Assembly: GCF_023055435.1 (NCBI RefSeq)
Contig: NW_025963779.1
Location: 71,796,001 to 71,860,000, forward strand
Direction of reading: 5' to 3'
DNA from: Haliotis rufescens
Lineage: Eukaryota
DNA length: 64,000 nt
Shown one piece after another: positions 22,341-36,336 of this stretch (position 1 is the first letter of the stretch; the number at the start of each line of letters is the position of its first letter). A program made the translations under genes and the position numbers. The notes under the pieces were generated by a model. It worked only from the letters and a program-made list of their open reading frames with translations, ran no database searches and was not told where the DNA came from.

Positions 22341-23619
22341 ATCTAATGGCAACATGAGGTAACTAAACTGGATCAGGTTAATTGGTAGATGGCACGTCAT
22401 TATGCTGCAACAATGTGGTCTGTTGCTCATATTATCAATCACTGATTTGTATGGCCCATATCTGACTATTTACAGGCTGTCATACTATAGCTGGTATACT
22501 GCCGACTTCAATGTAAAACAACAAACAATAAAAAGAAACTGCCAAAGAATTGCTCAAACTATTTTTTAACTGCAATCAAATTCCCCCAAACATAGACATC
22601 CTTAAGTCTCCCAACAGAAAGGCAGTTGTCGGTTTCATTTCTCATAAAAATTGTACACTTCAGTTGACAAGCAACTATTTCAGTAAAATAATTACCCCCT
22701 AAATTACACTTCACCCGGGATCAATGTCACAGCTCTAAGTCCACATGGAGCAGAATGTCTCCAGAAAGTACAAAGCAGATTGGAAATAGAGCCATGAAAG
22801 ACCATCATTTTAAAGAGAAGGGATATATGTCTCTCCACTTCTGTTAGAAACATTTTTTCACTGTAAAAAAATCAAGAAGATCAAATTAAGCACACCAACT
22901 ACAACCAGCATCAAAAACACAAAAGAGACCAGGCATAAAAACTAATCTGATCATAGACCTGCTGAAATACGAGACAAAAACCAACCAATGGCTGCCGAAA
23001 TCTCACGAGATCACCATGAGATAAAAAGAAATAAAATGGAAGATATATGTTCGCAAGTAAGGGGGAAAAGTCACAAAAAGCCAGGCCAGAAAAACAGGAG
23101 AGAATTATAACCATCCCCCTAAACCTATCCCTGGAACAGATGGGCAAACACTTGGTAAATACCTGCAGAGTAATAGTAAATAAGCCTTACATTTCACAGG
23201 GAGACAGGCTCAGTCAACACACTGAGAGCTCTCTTGATAACTTGCAGAGTGATGAATGAATGAAGGGTCTTCCAAATAAATAAGGGTAGGGGATATAGGC
23301 ACTGCAGTTTGAGGTGTTCTTGTGGTCTGGGAGGCTGCAGAGGGCTTAGATTACTTACCAATTGTTGTACAAACTTCTTCTCTGTGTTCAAATAGACAAT
23401 GGGGAAGCCGGCCTGGTGAGGCTGTAAGTTCATGTTATGTATATAACAGAATGATGTGTGGCAACAACTGCTCTCTTCCACAGTTCATGACATCTGTATT
23501 CTGTATTATGCACTCTGTTTAACCTTTTGCTCATTTCAATGTTAATACAATCTTTCATGCTCTTGAAAAAGGTTTCAGAGCTATGATTTTTCGCATTCCT
23601 AATGTGCACCTATGATTTA

Positions 23620-24500
23620 GTAAGTGCTATGATATAGCTGTACAACTGATAACTGCTGGCGGCTGTGATATAGCTGTACTACTAGCTGGGTGCTGTGATA
23701 TAGCTGTACAACTGATAACTGCTGGCGGCTGTGATATAGCTGTACTACTAGCTGGGTGCTGTGATATAGCTGTACAACTGATAACTGCTGGCGGCTGTGA
23801 TATAGCTGTACAACTGATAATTGCTGGGTGCTGTGATATAGCTGTACTACTAACTGAGGTGCTGTGATATAGCTGTACAACTGATAACTGCTGGCGGCTG
23901 TGATATAGCTGTACAACTGATAACTGCTGGGTGCTGTGATATAGCTGTACTACTAACTGAGGTGCTGTGATATAGCTGTACAACTGATAACTGCTGGGTG
24001 CTGTGATATAGCTGTACAACTGAAAACTGCTGGTGGCTGTGATATAGCTGTACTACTAGCTGGGTGCTATGATATAGCTGTACAACTGATAACTGCTGGG
24101 TGCTGTGATATAACTGTATGGCTGATAACTGCTGGGTGCTGAGATATAGCTGTACGACTGATAACTGCTGGGTGCTGTGATATAACTGTACTACTGATAA
24201 CTGCTGGGTGCTGTGATATAACTGTATGGCTGATAACTGTTGGGTGCTGTGATATAGCTGTACGACTGATAACTGCTGGGTGCTGTGATATAGCTGTACT
24301 ACTGATAACTGCTGGGTGCTGTGATATAACTGTAATATTGATAACTGCTGGGTGCTGTGATATAACTGTACTACTGATAACTGCTAGGTGCTGTGATATA
24401 GCTGTACTACTGATAACTGCTGGGTGCTGTGATATAACTGTAATATTGATAACTGCTGGGTGCTGATATAACTGTACTATGGATATCCGCAGGCAGCCAT
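23620..24500. repeat. Minisatellite, ~36-bp unit GCTGTGATATAGCTGTACAACTGATAACTGCTGGGT with shorter variants
   Basis: Direct inspection. Confidence 0.95.
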
Positions 24501-25229
24501 GATATAACTGTATATAATTGCTGGCTAAAGTGTAAAACCAGTTTCACCTAAAACTACGTATCAATATCATGATACTGAAAACCTTTTCTTTGCACCAACC
24601 CTTTCTTCAAGTCTGCAGATGTACAAACATTGGCAGTTTTCCTTACACAAGATTAACATCATGCTTTATATACTTGACCTTGTTAATTAAGTTCAAACAA
24701 AAAATCCTCAATATAAGACGTTGTATCAAGAAGGAAGATGAAACTGGCATAGAATTAGCAAGGTAAAAGAGACATGGCAAAGATCTAGGAAGGTGATCAA
24801 GGGGGGAAAATGCCATTGATTATCAGTAGAGTGCAAAATCTAATAAATCACCATCATAGCTAACTTTCTTACAAAGCAGGAAATAAATATCTAATAGAAG
24901 TTACTCAGCCATTCTGTAACTGATTACATAACAACAAAGGAGAAACTTTAAACATGTCTGCATCAATAATTCCAATGGTTGTATTTCAACTTGTTCATCA
25001 ATTTAGTGATTAGTGCTTCAGTACTGTTACAAATGCAGAAACAGCTTTCAGAAATGGGCAAAACACGGATTAGAATCAAGGGAAGTGAGGGATTCAAACC
25101 CATTGTCACCTGATCCTTGCAGAGCAATGGAATGCATCTCTGCACAGGTGCCCCCTATGTCCCCTATGTTCAGCTGTAGCAGTGTATGAGATGCCAGGCT
25201 TCCATACATTTGGCTGTACAAGCACATTG

Positions 25230-25529
25230 GGTGAGTGAGTGAGTTGGGTTTAACGCTGCTTTTAACAGTATTCCAGTTATATCACCGCGAGACTGAGTAT
25301 TGTGATATAACTGGAATACTGATAACTGGCTTAATGTGGGAGGATAGGCCGGAGTGATGCAGACGTTTACCACTTCGATGCAACCCACGAGCAGGGCTGA
25401 CAAACCTAGAAACATAATCGGGATGAACCGTGATTCGATCCTACAATCATAGGTTTCTGGCATGCCCAAGGGATGCAACACTGCACAGCAAACCGCGGCG
25501 CCTTAGACGACTGGGCCACCAGTGCCCCC
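25230..25529 (-). mobile_element. SINE family C (tRNA-Leu/Ser-like head)
   Basis: Minus strand GGTGGCCCAGTCGTCTAAGGCGC A-box region; (ACTC)n tail; colinear with 30873-31152. Confidence 0.8.
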
Positions 25530-26054
25530 ATAAGCACATGGAGAGATGGATCGAGCACATGAGATGCCAGGCTTCCATGATCAGAACTGAGAAACTGACA
25601 TCCAACACAAAAAGACATTTTAATCAACTTAAAAGGATCTTACGAATTCACCTCACGAAAACTTCAATTATTAAGACGAGCAAGTCTAAAAATTCCATTA
25701 TGGGCTACAATCAAGTGGAAAAATCCTTTACGCAGTATTTCACCACGTTGCTTTACTTGTTTCCATTAGTTTTTATCTTCGTAAAGAAAACAGCTATCGT
25801 TTCCATATGACATGAATAAGTTTGATCACAAGGAATTATTTCAGTAACTGGTCAAGCAGCAAAAGTAACAACATTATTAGGAAGATTGGGTCGTAAACTT
25901 TCTGAATGTCTCCACCATGAAACAAACATCCCAAACAAAATACCCTTCTTAAATTGGTCAAGAGAATTTACTCTTCATTTTGGCATTTCAATACATCACG
26001 GCATCGATTGTATGCTTTCAGTCATCAGTAATAAACCTGTTAGTTCTTCACTGA

Positions 26055-28733
26055 AAGAGGAAATCAGGTGAGGATTTGGATACTACCCTGTACTCTACTG
26101 CAGAAATCAGATGAGGATGTGGATACTACCCTGTACCCTACTGAGGAAATCAGATGAGGATGTGGATACTACCCTGTACTCTACTGCAGAATTCAGATGA
26201 GGATGTGGATACTACCCTGTACCCTACTGAGGAAATCAGATGAGGATGTGGATACTACCCTGTACTCTACTGCAGAAATCAGACGAGGATGTGGATACTA
26301 CCCTGTACCCTACTGAGGAAATCAGATGAGGATGTGGATACTACCCTGTACTCTACTGCAGAAATCAGATGAGGATGTGGATACTACCCTGTACCCTACT
26401 GAGGAAATCAGATGAGGATGTGGATACTACCCTGTACCCTACTGCAGAAATCAGACGAGGATGTGGATACTACCCTGTACCCTACTGAGGAAATCAGATG
26501 AGGATGTGGATACTACCCTGTACTCTACTGCAGAAATCAGATGAGGATGTGGATACTACCCTGTACCCTACTGAGGAAATCAGATGAGGATGTGGATACT
26601 ACCCTGTACCCTACTGAGGAAATCAGACGAGGATGTGGATACTACCCTGTACTGTACTGAGGAAATCAGACGAGGATGTGGAGACTACCCTGTACTGTAC
26701 TGAGGAAATCAGATGAGGATGTGGAGACTACCCTGTACTGTACTGAGGAAATCAGACGAGGATGTGGATACTACCCTGTACTGTACTGAGGAAATCAGAC
26801 GAGGATGTGGATACTACCCTGTACCCTACTGAGGAAATCAGATGAGGATGTGGATACTACCCTGTACTCTACTGCAGAAATCAGATGAGGATGTGGATAC
26901 TACCCTGTACCCTACTGAGGAAATCAGATGAGGATGTGGATACTACCCTGTACCCTACTGAGGAAATCAGACGAGGATGTGGATACTACCCTGTACTGTA
27001 CTGAGGAAATCAGACGAGGATGTGGAGACTACCCTGTACTGTACTGAGGAAATCAGATGAGGATTGGATACTACCCTGTACTGTACTGAGGAAATCAGAC
27101 GAGGATGTGGATACTACCCTGTACTGTACTGAGGAAATCAGATGAGGATGTGGATACTACCCTGTACTCTACTGCAGAAATCAGATGAGGATGTGGATAC
27201 TACCCTGTACCCTACTGAGGAAATCAGATGAGGATGTGGATACTACCCTGTACCCTACTGAGGAAATCAGACGAGGATGTGGATACTACCCTGTACTGTA
27301 CTGAGGAAATCAGACGAGGATGTGGAGACTACCCTGTACCCTACTGAGGAAATCAGATGAGGATTGGATACTACCCTGTACTGTACTGAGGAAATCAGAC
27401 GAGGATGTGGATACTACCCTGTACTGTACTGAGGAAATCAGATGAGGATGTGGATACTACCCTGTACTGTACTGAGGAAATCAGATGAGGATTGGATACT
27501 ACCCTGTACTGTACTGAGGAAATCAGACGAGGATGTGGATACTACCCTGTACTGTACTGAGGAAATCAGACGAGGATGTGGAGACTACCCTGTACTGTAC
27601 TGAGGAAATCAGATGAGGATTGGATACTACCCTGTACTGTACTGAGGAAATCAGACGAGGATGTGGATACTACCCTGTACTGTACTGAGGAAATCAGATG
27701 AGGATGTGGATACTACCCTGTACTCTACTGCAGAAATCAGATGAGGATGTGGATACTACCCTGTACCCTACTGAGGAAATCAGATGAGGATGTGGATACT
27801 ACCCTGTACCCTACTGAGGAAATCAGACGAGGATGTGGATACTACCCTGTACTGTACTGAGGAAATCAGACGAGGATGTGGAGACTACCCTGTACCCTAC
27901 TGAGGAAATCAGATGAGGATTGGATACTACCCTGTACTGTACTGAGGAAATCAGACGAGGATGTGGATACTACCCTGTACTGTACTGCAGAAATCAGATG
28001 AGGATGTGGATACTACCCTGTACTGTACTGAGGAAATCAGATGAGGATTGGATACTACCCTGTACTGTACTGAGGAAATCAGACGAGGATGTGGATACTA
28101 CCCTGTACTGTACTGAGGAAATCAGACGAGGATGTGGATACTACCCTGTACTGTACTGAGGAAATCAGATGAGGATTGGATACTACCCTGTACCCTACTG
28201 AGGAAATCAGACGAGGATGTGGATACTACCCTGTACTGTACTGAGGAAATCAGATGAGGATTGGATACTACCCTGTACTGTACTGAGGAAATCAGACGAG
28301 GATGTGGATACTACCCTGTACTGTACTGAGGAAATCAGATGAGGATGTGGATACTACCCTGTACTGTACTGAGGAAATCAGATGAGGATTGGATACTACC
28401 CTGTACTGTACTGAGGAAATCAGACGAGGATGTGGATACTACCCTGTACTGTACTGAGGAAATCAGACGAGGATGTGGATACTACCCTGTACTGTACTGA
28501 GGAAATCAGATGAGGATTGGATACTACCCTGTACCCTACTGAGGAAATCAGACGAGGATGTGGATACTACCCTGTACTGTACTGAGGAAATCAGACGAGG
28601 ATGTGGATACTACCCTGTACCCTACTGAGGAAATCAGATGAGGATGTGGATACTACCCTGTACCCTACTGAGGAAATCAGACGAGGATGTGGATACTACC
28701 CTGTACGCTACTGAGGAAATCAAACGAGGATGT
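26055..28733. repeat. Minisatellite, 43/42-bp unit GAGGAAATCAGATGAGGATGTGGATACTACCCTGTACTGTACT
   Basis: Direct inspection. Confidence 0.97.
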
Positions 28734-29012
28734 CACTCACTCCACTGCACTGAACAAAGCAGGTTCAGACACTCTCCTGAGTTTCCTCAGCACCAAGGTA
28801 ATCTGATGAGTATGTGGACACTCCCGCACAGAGGTTACTAAGTCTGACAAGGATGTGAATCAACCTGACATCATTCATACCAACATCAAAATATCAACTT
28901 GACATCATTAGTACCAACATCGAAATATCAACCTGACATCATTCATACCAACATCGAAATATCAACCCACTATCATTCATACCAACATTGACATGATATA
29001 AGTTAGTCTAAG

Positions 29013-29161
29013 TGAGTGAGTTTGGTTTTACGCCGCTTTTAGCAATATTCCAGCATTGGGGGACACCAGAAATGGGCTTCACACATTGTACCCATGTCGG
29101 GAATCGAACCTGGGTCTTCAGCGTGACGAGCAAATGCTTTAACCACTAGGCTACCAAACCC
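29013..29161 (-). mobile_element. SINE family A copy
   Basis: Same consensus with a small deletion; TSD AAGTT(A/T)GTCTAAG. Confidence 0.88.
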
Positions 29162-30363
29162 AAGTTTGTCTAAGAATACACAGGTTGTGATGAGATGTCG
29201 GTGAGATGTCAGTGAGATGTCGGTGAGATGTCAGTGAGATGTTGGTGAGTGATGGCGAGTAAACATCTCTTTAAGTGACTGAGTGAGTTAAAATTTAACA
29301 TCCTATCGCAATTATTTCAGCCATAAAGTGATGAAAACAAGTTTTTAATACATGTGCATTATAAATACAAAGTCAGATCTAAAAACAAATTTGTCAAACA
29401 TCTCCTTAAACATCCATCATGGTTTGTAACGCCAAATGGATTCTATATGTGCATATGATGGGAGAATACATATCAATGATCAACATGGACGCATAAGTGC
29501 TGGTCAGTGTGCAGATGATCTGAAAATCTAAGTGCTGCCCTGCTGATTCTACTGTTTAGAAGTACACACAAAACTCTTCCAAGTGAGGGAGATAGATGAA
29601 CGCATGATCAAGACACAGAAACTGATTTGAAGATCTCAAACACACCTTCTTGGCAAAGCTCAGCATATGGCAACTATCTAATCCTGTAGCTGCACCTCAA
29701 AAACATTCCAAATGTTTGACAGAACTTGAAACTGTAAAAAGTTAATTAATCCAAATTTCCTATGAGGCAGGGCAGTTAAGTTAGACATGAAAACAGAACC
29801 GATCTTGTTTATGCTTCACTCGTAGCCAACTTAGTTACCTGATCCAAGTCTCCTCGTTTCCCACGGCTAGACACACCTGTCAATCACTTGTCAATCAAAC
29901 ACAGAAAGCTGCAACTGGGACCTGTCATTAACGCTTTACATTATTTATGTGGCTACATTCAATTAGCACAGATCAGGCCATCGCCAACTTAATTTTAGCA
30001 TTTAACCAGCACACTTCTTTCGTAAAGGTAAAGAAATTAGGAGCTAATCTGCTTAATTCTAATTAGTCTTGTGAGCTCAAATAAAGATTGTTAGTTTTAG
30101 GGAAATTATTACATTCAATTACAGCGTGTGAGAAGAGCAGCACAGCTTTGCTTCACCATGTTCTGCACTACAGATAGGCAAACAAAAACAAGTGTGTTTC
30201 AGGTACCAGGACCTTAAATGTAGGCATCGAGCACTCATTCCAAGCCCTGCTTTATAATCCCACAATGAGTCTTGCATTTTGGTGCAATTGTTTAGAGTCT
30301 CTGGGTTTTCTACATACAAGTCCAAATTGGTAGCTATAACATTGTTGTCATGTGAAGGAAGGG

Positions 30364-30744
30364 TTCCTCTATTAGACGCCTGGCCTCTAATAGACACTGG
30401 GACTCTAATAGACGCCGGCCTCTAATAGAAGCCGGGTCAATTGTTCAGTGCAAAAAATAGAAGCCGGGCCTCTAATAGACGCCGGGTCGATCAATTGATA
30501 CAATTAATTATCCCTTTTTGGGACCTAAATTACATAATGAGGACTCCCTTTCTCTTCCGGTAACTCCACGTGTGTCGGAAAACGGTCCTCGATCCGATAC
30601 ATTCGGGACATTCATGGTCATAGTGAAATGGGGGTATTAATAGACGCCGGGCCTCCAATAGACGCCGGGCCCTTAATTGACGCCGGGTCAAAGGCTTGAC
30701 CGAAATAAATAGAAGCCCGGGTGTCTAATAGAGGAAATATGGTA
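30364..30744. mobile_element. Tc1/mariner-type MITE with subterminal TAATAGACGCCGG repeats, left end clipped
   Basis: TTCCTCTATTAGAC / GTCTAATAGAGGAA inverted ends; right end ATATGG-TA. Confidence 0.7.
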
Positions 30745-30872
30745 TGCTATTGTGACATACTCACCAGGTCTTGTGTTGCTTTATATCTCCTTTGCATGGG
30801 TTTTGATGGCTTCCTTACTTATAATAGAGTGGTACATATGGGAAAATAGTTTATTACATATTTTCAGTATAA

Positions 30873-31152
30873 TTGAGTGAGTGAGTTTGGTTTAACGCCG
30901 CTTTTAACAGTATTGCAGTTATATCACAGCGTGTCAGCTTAATGTGGGAGGAAAGCCGGAAGTGATGCAGGCCTCAGAAGTTTACCACTTCCGTGAAACC
31001 CACGAGCATGGGTATGGTGCTGACAAACCTAGAAACATAATCAGGGAGAACTGGGATTCGAACCCACAATCAATGGTTTCTGGTGTGCCCAAGGGACGCA
31101 ACTCTGCACAGCGCATTGTGGCGCCTTAGACGACTGGGCCACCTGTGCCCCC
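30873..31152 (-). mobile_element. SINE family C copy
   Basis: A-box plus GGTTCGAATCC B-box; 12-bp TSD TTTTCAGTATAA (30861-30872 / 31153-31164). Confidence 0.88.
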
Positions 31153-32843
31153 TTTTCAGTATAAGTCTGATGAGTTGCCTCAGTGAGTTTACATAATAAC
31201 TGGTTACATATTTAGTTGAGATTGTTCCCTGCAACAGGAATGCTTTTTAAGCACTTGTATGATGTATACTGTTTTGACCCAGATTTGTTGTTGTGTCGTT
31301 TTGAACCCGGACAAGGAAAACATTGGCATACTATTTAAACACACAGAAAAGTCTTCTTGGGGATATCTGGTAGGAGTGGGCGGCCATGTTGTTAAATGCT
31401 GTAAACCGATCAAGGATACCGGTACATTTATGACATGACCATGTTGAGGGTACATATACATATTGTCTGGGTAGAAACAATACGGTAACAAAATTCTGTG
31501 TACAACTCGATAAATCGATTTGTACTCAGGTACATTGTGAGAGAGTGACCCTATCAGCAGCCCTGGTATATATAACTGGTCAACATCGACCACCTGCTTC
31601 ACTATGAGCTGTCCTTCCATATTATTTTCACAAAGTCATAAACTTATTACTGTTGAAAGTGGCTTTAACCAAATTAACTCACTTGCTCTTTAAAATAGAG
31701 GCAAAATCATAAAACTGCACACATACTGTCATTCCAGTTTTGCTAATGTCTATAGCTTACAATGTCTGCTACAATATAGTAATTAGCCTCACATCATAAA
31801 CATTTATTTCATCCTTTAAACAAGACTTCATGAATGATGCAGTCTTAATGTGATCCCGACAATGTGGGAGTCCATCTGCCAATTGATGATGACTATGCTC
31901 TCTACCACCCAGAAGTTGGGCCATACAGCCCTCAACAAGGATAATCAGCTGGAGTTTGTTACTTGGGTGTACTTCCTGTGAGAGTTTACAGAGCTGTGAG
32001 AGTTTCCTCGTGGTGTCAGGGCGGGTGTACACTGACACTCCTCATCTGTACAGCAGGAGTCCATCGGTCTCCCAGGCCACAGAGAAGAAATAAGATTGAA
32101 TCCAACTCAAGTCTGTAATGATTTGGCAAGTCTTTATAGCCACTAGCTCTAGATATTAAGCATTGTTCTGGGCTCCATTTGGAACTACTTATTTTGTAGA
32201 TACATATTTTTAAATAAGATAACGTTACTCTGGAACTTAACATGCCAAATGTTAGTCCAGTAGAGCAGTGGAACCCTTAGTCCTGCACCATGACCGTGGA
32301 ATATATTTATTTTATGAAAAAAACATAATCTAGAAATGAATACAAAAGCAAGTCTAGCCAGCTCAAGCTAGCTCTATTCCACAATCAGCATAGGGAATTT
32401 TTATTTCATTTTTAGAGTCAAGAAGGATATTGTGTAATATAAGATTTCAGAGACTAAATGTTAGTCTATGGAACCCTCAGAACGCTACCAACACGGAGGC
32501 TGCTGGTTTTATACACAACCTTCGCCTTCCTCCAAGGCTGCACTGAAGGAAAAACCCTTCTCATCTCACTGTGTCCCAATAATCAGCCAGTCTACATAGG
32601 CCAACTGTCATGAGGATGCAAATCTTTCATAGAAACAAAACAATTTACTGTTAATTTCCTATGAAATAACAATTGTCTTTGTGACTTACATGCAAATCAA
32701 ACAACTCTGGAACAACCTGTTTCACATTAGGTTTTCTCAAGACTTTCATACAACAAGCACTTGGAGGAATTACAATAATACGTAACAAAAATCAAAACAT
32801 ACAAAATAAGTATAAAACAAAGCCTTGTTTCATATAAATTTAG

Positions 32844-32898
32844 TACTCAAAAGAAGTTGAAGAACACCCGATTCTTTAACTTCTTTTGACTTTGAGTA
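32844..32898. mobile_element. Tiny Tc1-like hairpin remnant
   Basis: TCAAAAGAAGTTGAAGAA / TTCTTTAACTTCTTTTGA (17/18); the same end sequence recurs at ~34234. Confidence 0.55.
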
Positions 32899-34464
32899 GC
32901 ATATTTTCAATTGAAAGTGAAATAAACCCCATTTATCCATGAATCACATTCAATACAAATAAATGCTTATGGGGAGAGATACTACTGTTTGGCCCCCGCC
33001 GTGATATTGCTGGAATATTGCTGAAAGCAGCATAAAACCATACTTACTAACTCACTATTGTTTGGTGTCTAAGCTTAAAGACAATGCACACCTACTTTGT
33101 CCAGTACAGTGATCACCTCAGGATCAGGTCACATGGACACATGGGCAAGTCAAGCACCTGTTCTTTACTCACATATGAAATTATGTAAACTTTCACTTTG
33201 CTTTAGATACGAGTTAAAAACAGATTCAGTATTGTAAGATATAAACATCTACTTAAACATAAGCTAATACCATTGTTAATTGTCCATTGGGTGATCAGCC
33301 AAGCAATATCTGACACATTATGACTGATAACTCCTTTTAGGAGCCAGTATTGATTATACATGTAGGTACTGACCTGTTGGATAATCTTGTGGCCACCTCA
33401 TGTTTTACAGATGATATTGTGGAATGAGAACATACTCATCCCCAGCTGACAAACGTGATCCTTATTTCAGACCCTGTTCATCCAGTCAACACTATTTCAC
33501 CAATATGTCCACGATAAACTCAAGTCTCACCTCACAGACATTGTTTCAGATGGAAGTTTACAAGCGTATTTTGCGAAGACTTCCCCATCAAGACCTCTCC
33601 CTTTCAACCTGCATACAGTGTCACTGATGAAGCCATCACCTTCAGCTAAGTGTCTGTGTCCTGCTGTCAATCAGGATTATTCTCAGACTCTGAAGTTGGT
33701 ATTCCACTTAACTTAACCAAGAAATTCTATTAGAATCTAAGCAGCGCACAAATAGAGTAATTAATTCATCCCTGACTCTTGATGCTGACACATCATGCTG
33801 CCTGCACTGTGCATGTTTAATTCTAGCTATGGAGGGTCAGTGAACCCATCTTGTCACACCCAGGTCAAGGGGGGGATATGAAGAGATTGCCTCTTGATAC
33901 AGAGATTACTGCAACTAGAAACAGGCTGGCAGGGTCTGTCAGTACACAGTCAGCTTCCTCTCACCAGCACAAGGAGGAACTTGATGAATGAACAATACAA
34001 TATGACTTGTTCCAGAACTATCCAGAACTATCCTGCTGGCATGGACTTCAACCGTGCTGTGCTGTTCAAGGGTTTCATCCACTACTTGCATGTAAGTGAG
34101 TGAATGAGTTTAATGTGGCACACATCACATCACAGCAGGAGAAACCAATAAATGGCTTCATGACAGTGTACTACTGTGACCATGTGAGGAATTGAACCAG
34201 GCCTTCTTTGTGGCGTGCTTCTTTTGTATGCTTTACTCAAAAGAAGTTAAGGATCACCCGATTTTTTCATATTTCTATATTTATCCATAGTTAATGACAG
34301 ATCAACTATAGTAATGTGTGAACGAATCGGATGGTACTTAACTTATTTTGTGTTGTATATTAAACTTACATTAGGTGGCAATTTCCACAAGGCTACCCGA
34401 CCGCCCCGAGTGAGTGAGTGAGTGAGTGAGTGAGTGAGTTGGTTTTGTAGCTGCTTAGAGGAAA

Positions 34465-34817
34465 GGTGAGGTGAAATAGGGTTTAACCTTGCGTTCAAGA
34501 TTATTGCACTTATATAGCAACTTGCATGCACGTGTGTGTGTGGCTGCTTGAATTAGTCATGACTGATGCTGATTCATAGTGCAAGCACACTGAGATACCA
34601 TGCCGCAGTTTAACATGAATACTCAACCCAGACACAGTAGCCGACGAGTCCTAAATATTTTAACCCCTTAATGCCGAGCACCAGACAAGGTAACAACAAG
34701 TACCATCTTTTAATGTCTTTTAATGTAATGTCATTTAATGTATGATGCGGCCGGGGATCAAACCCCGGACCTTCCGCTCTCCAGGGGACACTCTACCACT
34801 GGACCACGGAGGCGGTC
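34465..34817 (-). mobile_element. SINE family D copy within a nested SINE cluster
   Basis: Colinear with 39203-39554; abuts a family C fragment (34817-34870) and family A pieces (34390-34460). Confidence 0.85.
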
Positions 34818-36336
34818 GACAAACCTAGAAACACAATCAGGGTAAACCAGATTTCGAACCCACCATCATAGGGCACCCTTGACGTGCCCCCATGAAGAAT
34901 GAATTGTTTTCTGCCAAAATCTAATTATGTTTTTCACAAACTAAAATTTGATTGTTGGATATAGCTCAGAGAAGTTGAATCTGATCATAGTATACAAAAA
35001 TACGAGTCTACATGAATTTAGAGAGAGTGAATGAGAGAGTGAATGAGAGAGTGAATTGTTCAACTTAGCAGTGAGCAATATTCCAGCTATAACATAGAGG
35101 CTTGTAAATAATCTTGGACCAGACAATCCAGTGATTGAAAGCAGGGGGAACCATCCACATCATCAGGGTAGGATATTAAACACAAAGCCATGGAGTAGCC
35201 CGTCCACAGCGTACACCGTTTAGTTGGATTGTTTGACAAGCTTGAGGTGAAGAGGACCTAAACTGATGCGAAATCACGACAGTGAACGTGAATTTTGACA
35301 TCGGGTGGGTGATTTACCTGTCTCAAACACACAGAAGCTTCAGCCATTGTCACTGTCTATATATCACTGTGATCATCTTAGCCTTCAACTACCATAAGCC
35401 TATGTTAAAGTACAGGAGCTACACTCATCTTAGCACTAAGATCGCTTTGTGGAACAGGGCCCTGGTGGTGGAGGTTGGTGGAGAGAGCATGAACGGGGAA
35501 GGAATTGGCTGTTCATGTACACACCAGCTACAACTTGTAAACACATCAGTCACACTTGAGTTGCCCTTGAACTGCCTGGTAACTAACTCCTTTGCATCCC
35601 ACTCCTAATCACCAAGCTGTCCATTCCATCCATCACTGAGTGTCAGTCAATGAGAACACTGAGGAACCCTGTTAATATGGATGGTACAGTTCCAATTGAA
35701 ATCAAGAAATTTCAAACTTAGTTTTGACATATTTTTTGCTTAACGAATCCTGGGTACATTGCAATACTGCATGAATTACAATCCCAATAGTAATCACCTT
35801 GAAAATGGGAATTCCAGATTAGCAGGGTCTGGACTATCAAGGTTACATTGTAAACTGTAGTGCATCAGCATCACTGTGGGGGATGACAAAGTATAATTCC
35901 AAATAAATCTGTTCTCAACTACACTCTCACGCATGCATGCACGCATGCACGCACGTACACAAACTCACACCTACCTTTGTCTGATGTCAGTAAATGTTGC
36001 ACTGTGTCACATTTGCAAGGACAGTACTGGGTGTTCATGGTGAGAGACCCTACCTATGGTGTCCTGTTTTTCAGGTTGCATGACATCACTTTATGGCCTA
36101 GCCAAAAAAAGTAAAGAGAAGCACTCCTAGTTCTACAGGTCACATCACAACTGATCCTGGACTTTTTATTACTGCATAATTATACATTCACTTCACTGCG
36201 TATGTTCCGCTACTTTCAGGGTACAGTAAGTACTGGAAATGCAGGTGCCTTCATGCACTAACTGGGTACCATCTCTGTCCTTACCACTCTTTCCACCTAA
36301 CTTCTATTGTATTCAAACAAATTTATGTCGGGTATA

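Noticed and set aside
26055-28733. CRISPR-like or hammerhead-ribozyme satellite (GATGAG...GAAA in the unit)
   Set aside because: Units are head-to-tail with no unique spacers and there are no cas genes. The unit has CAGATGA rather than CTGATGA, and no stem II directly before GAAA.
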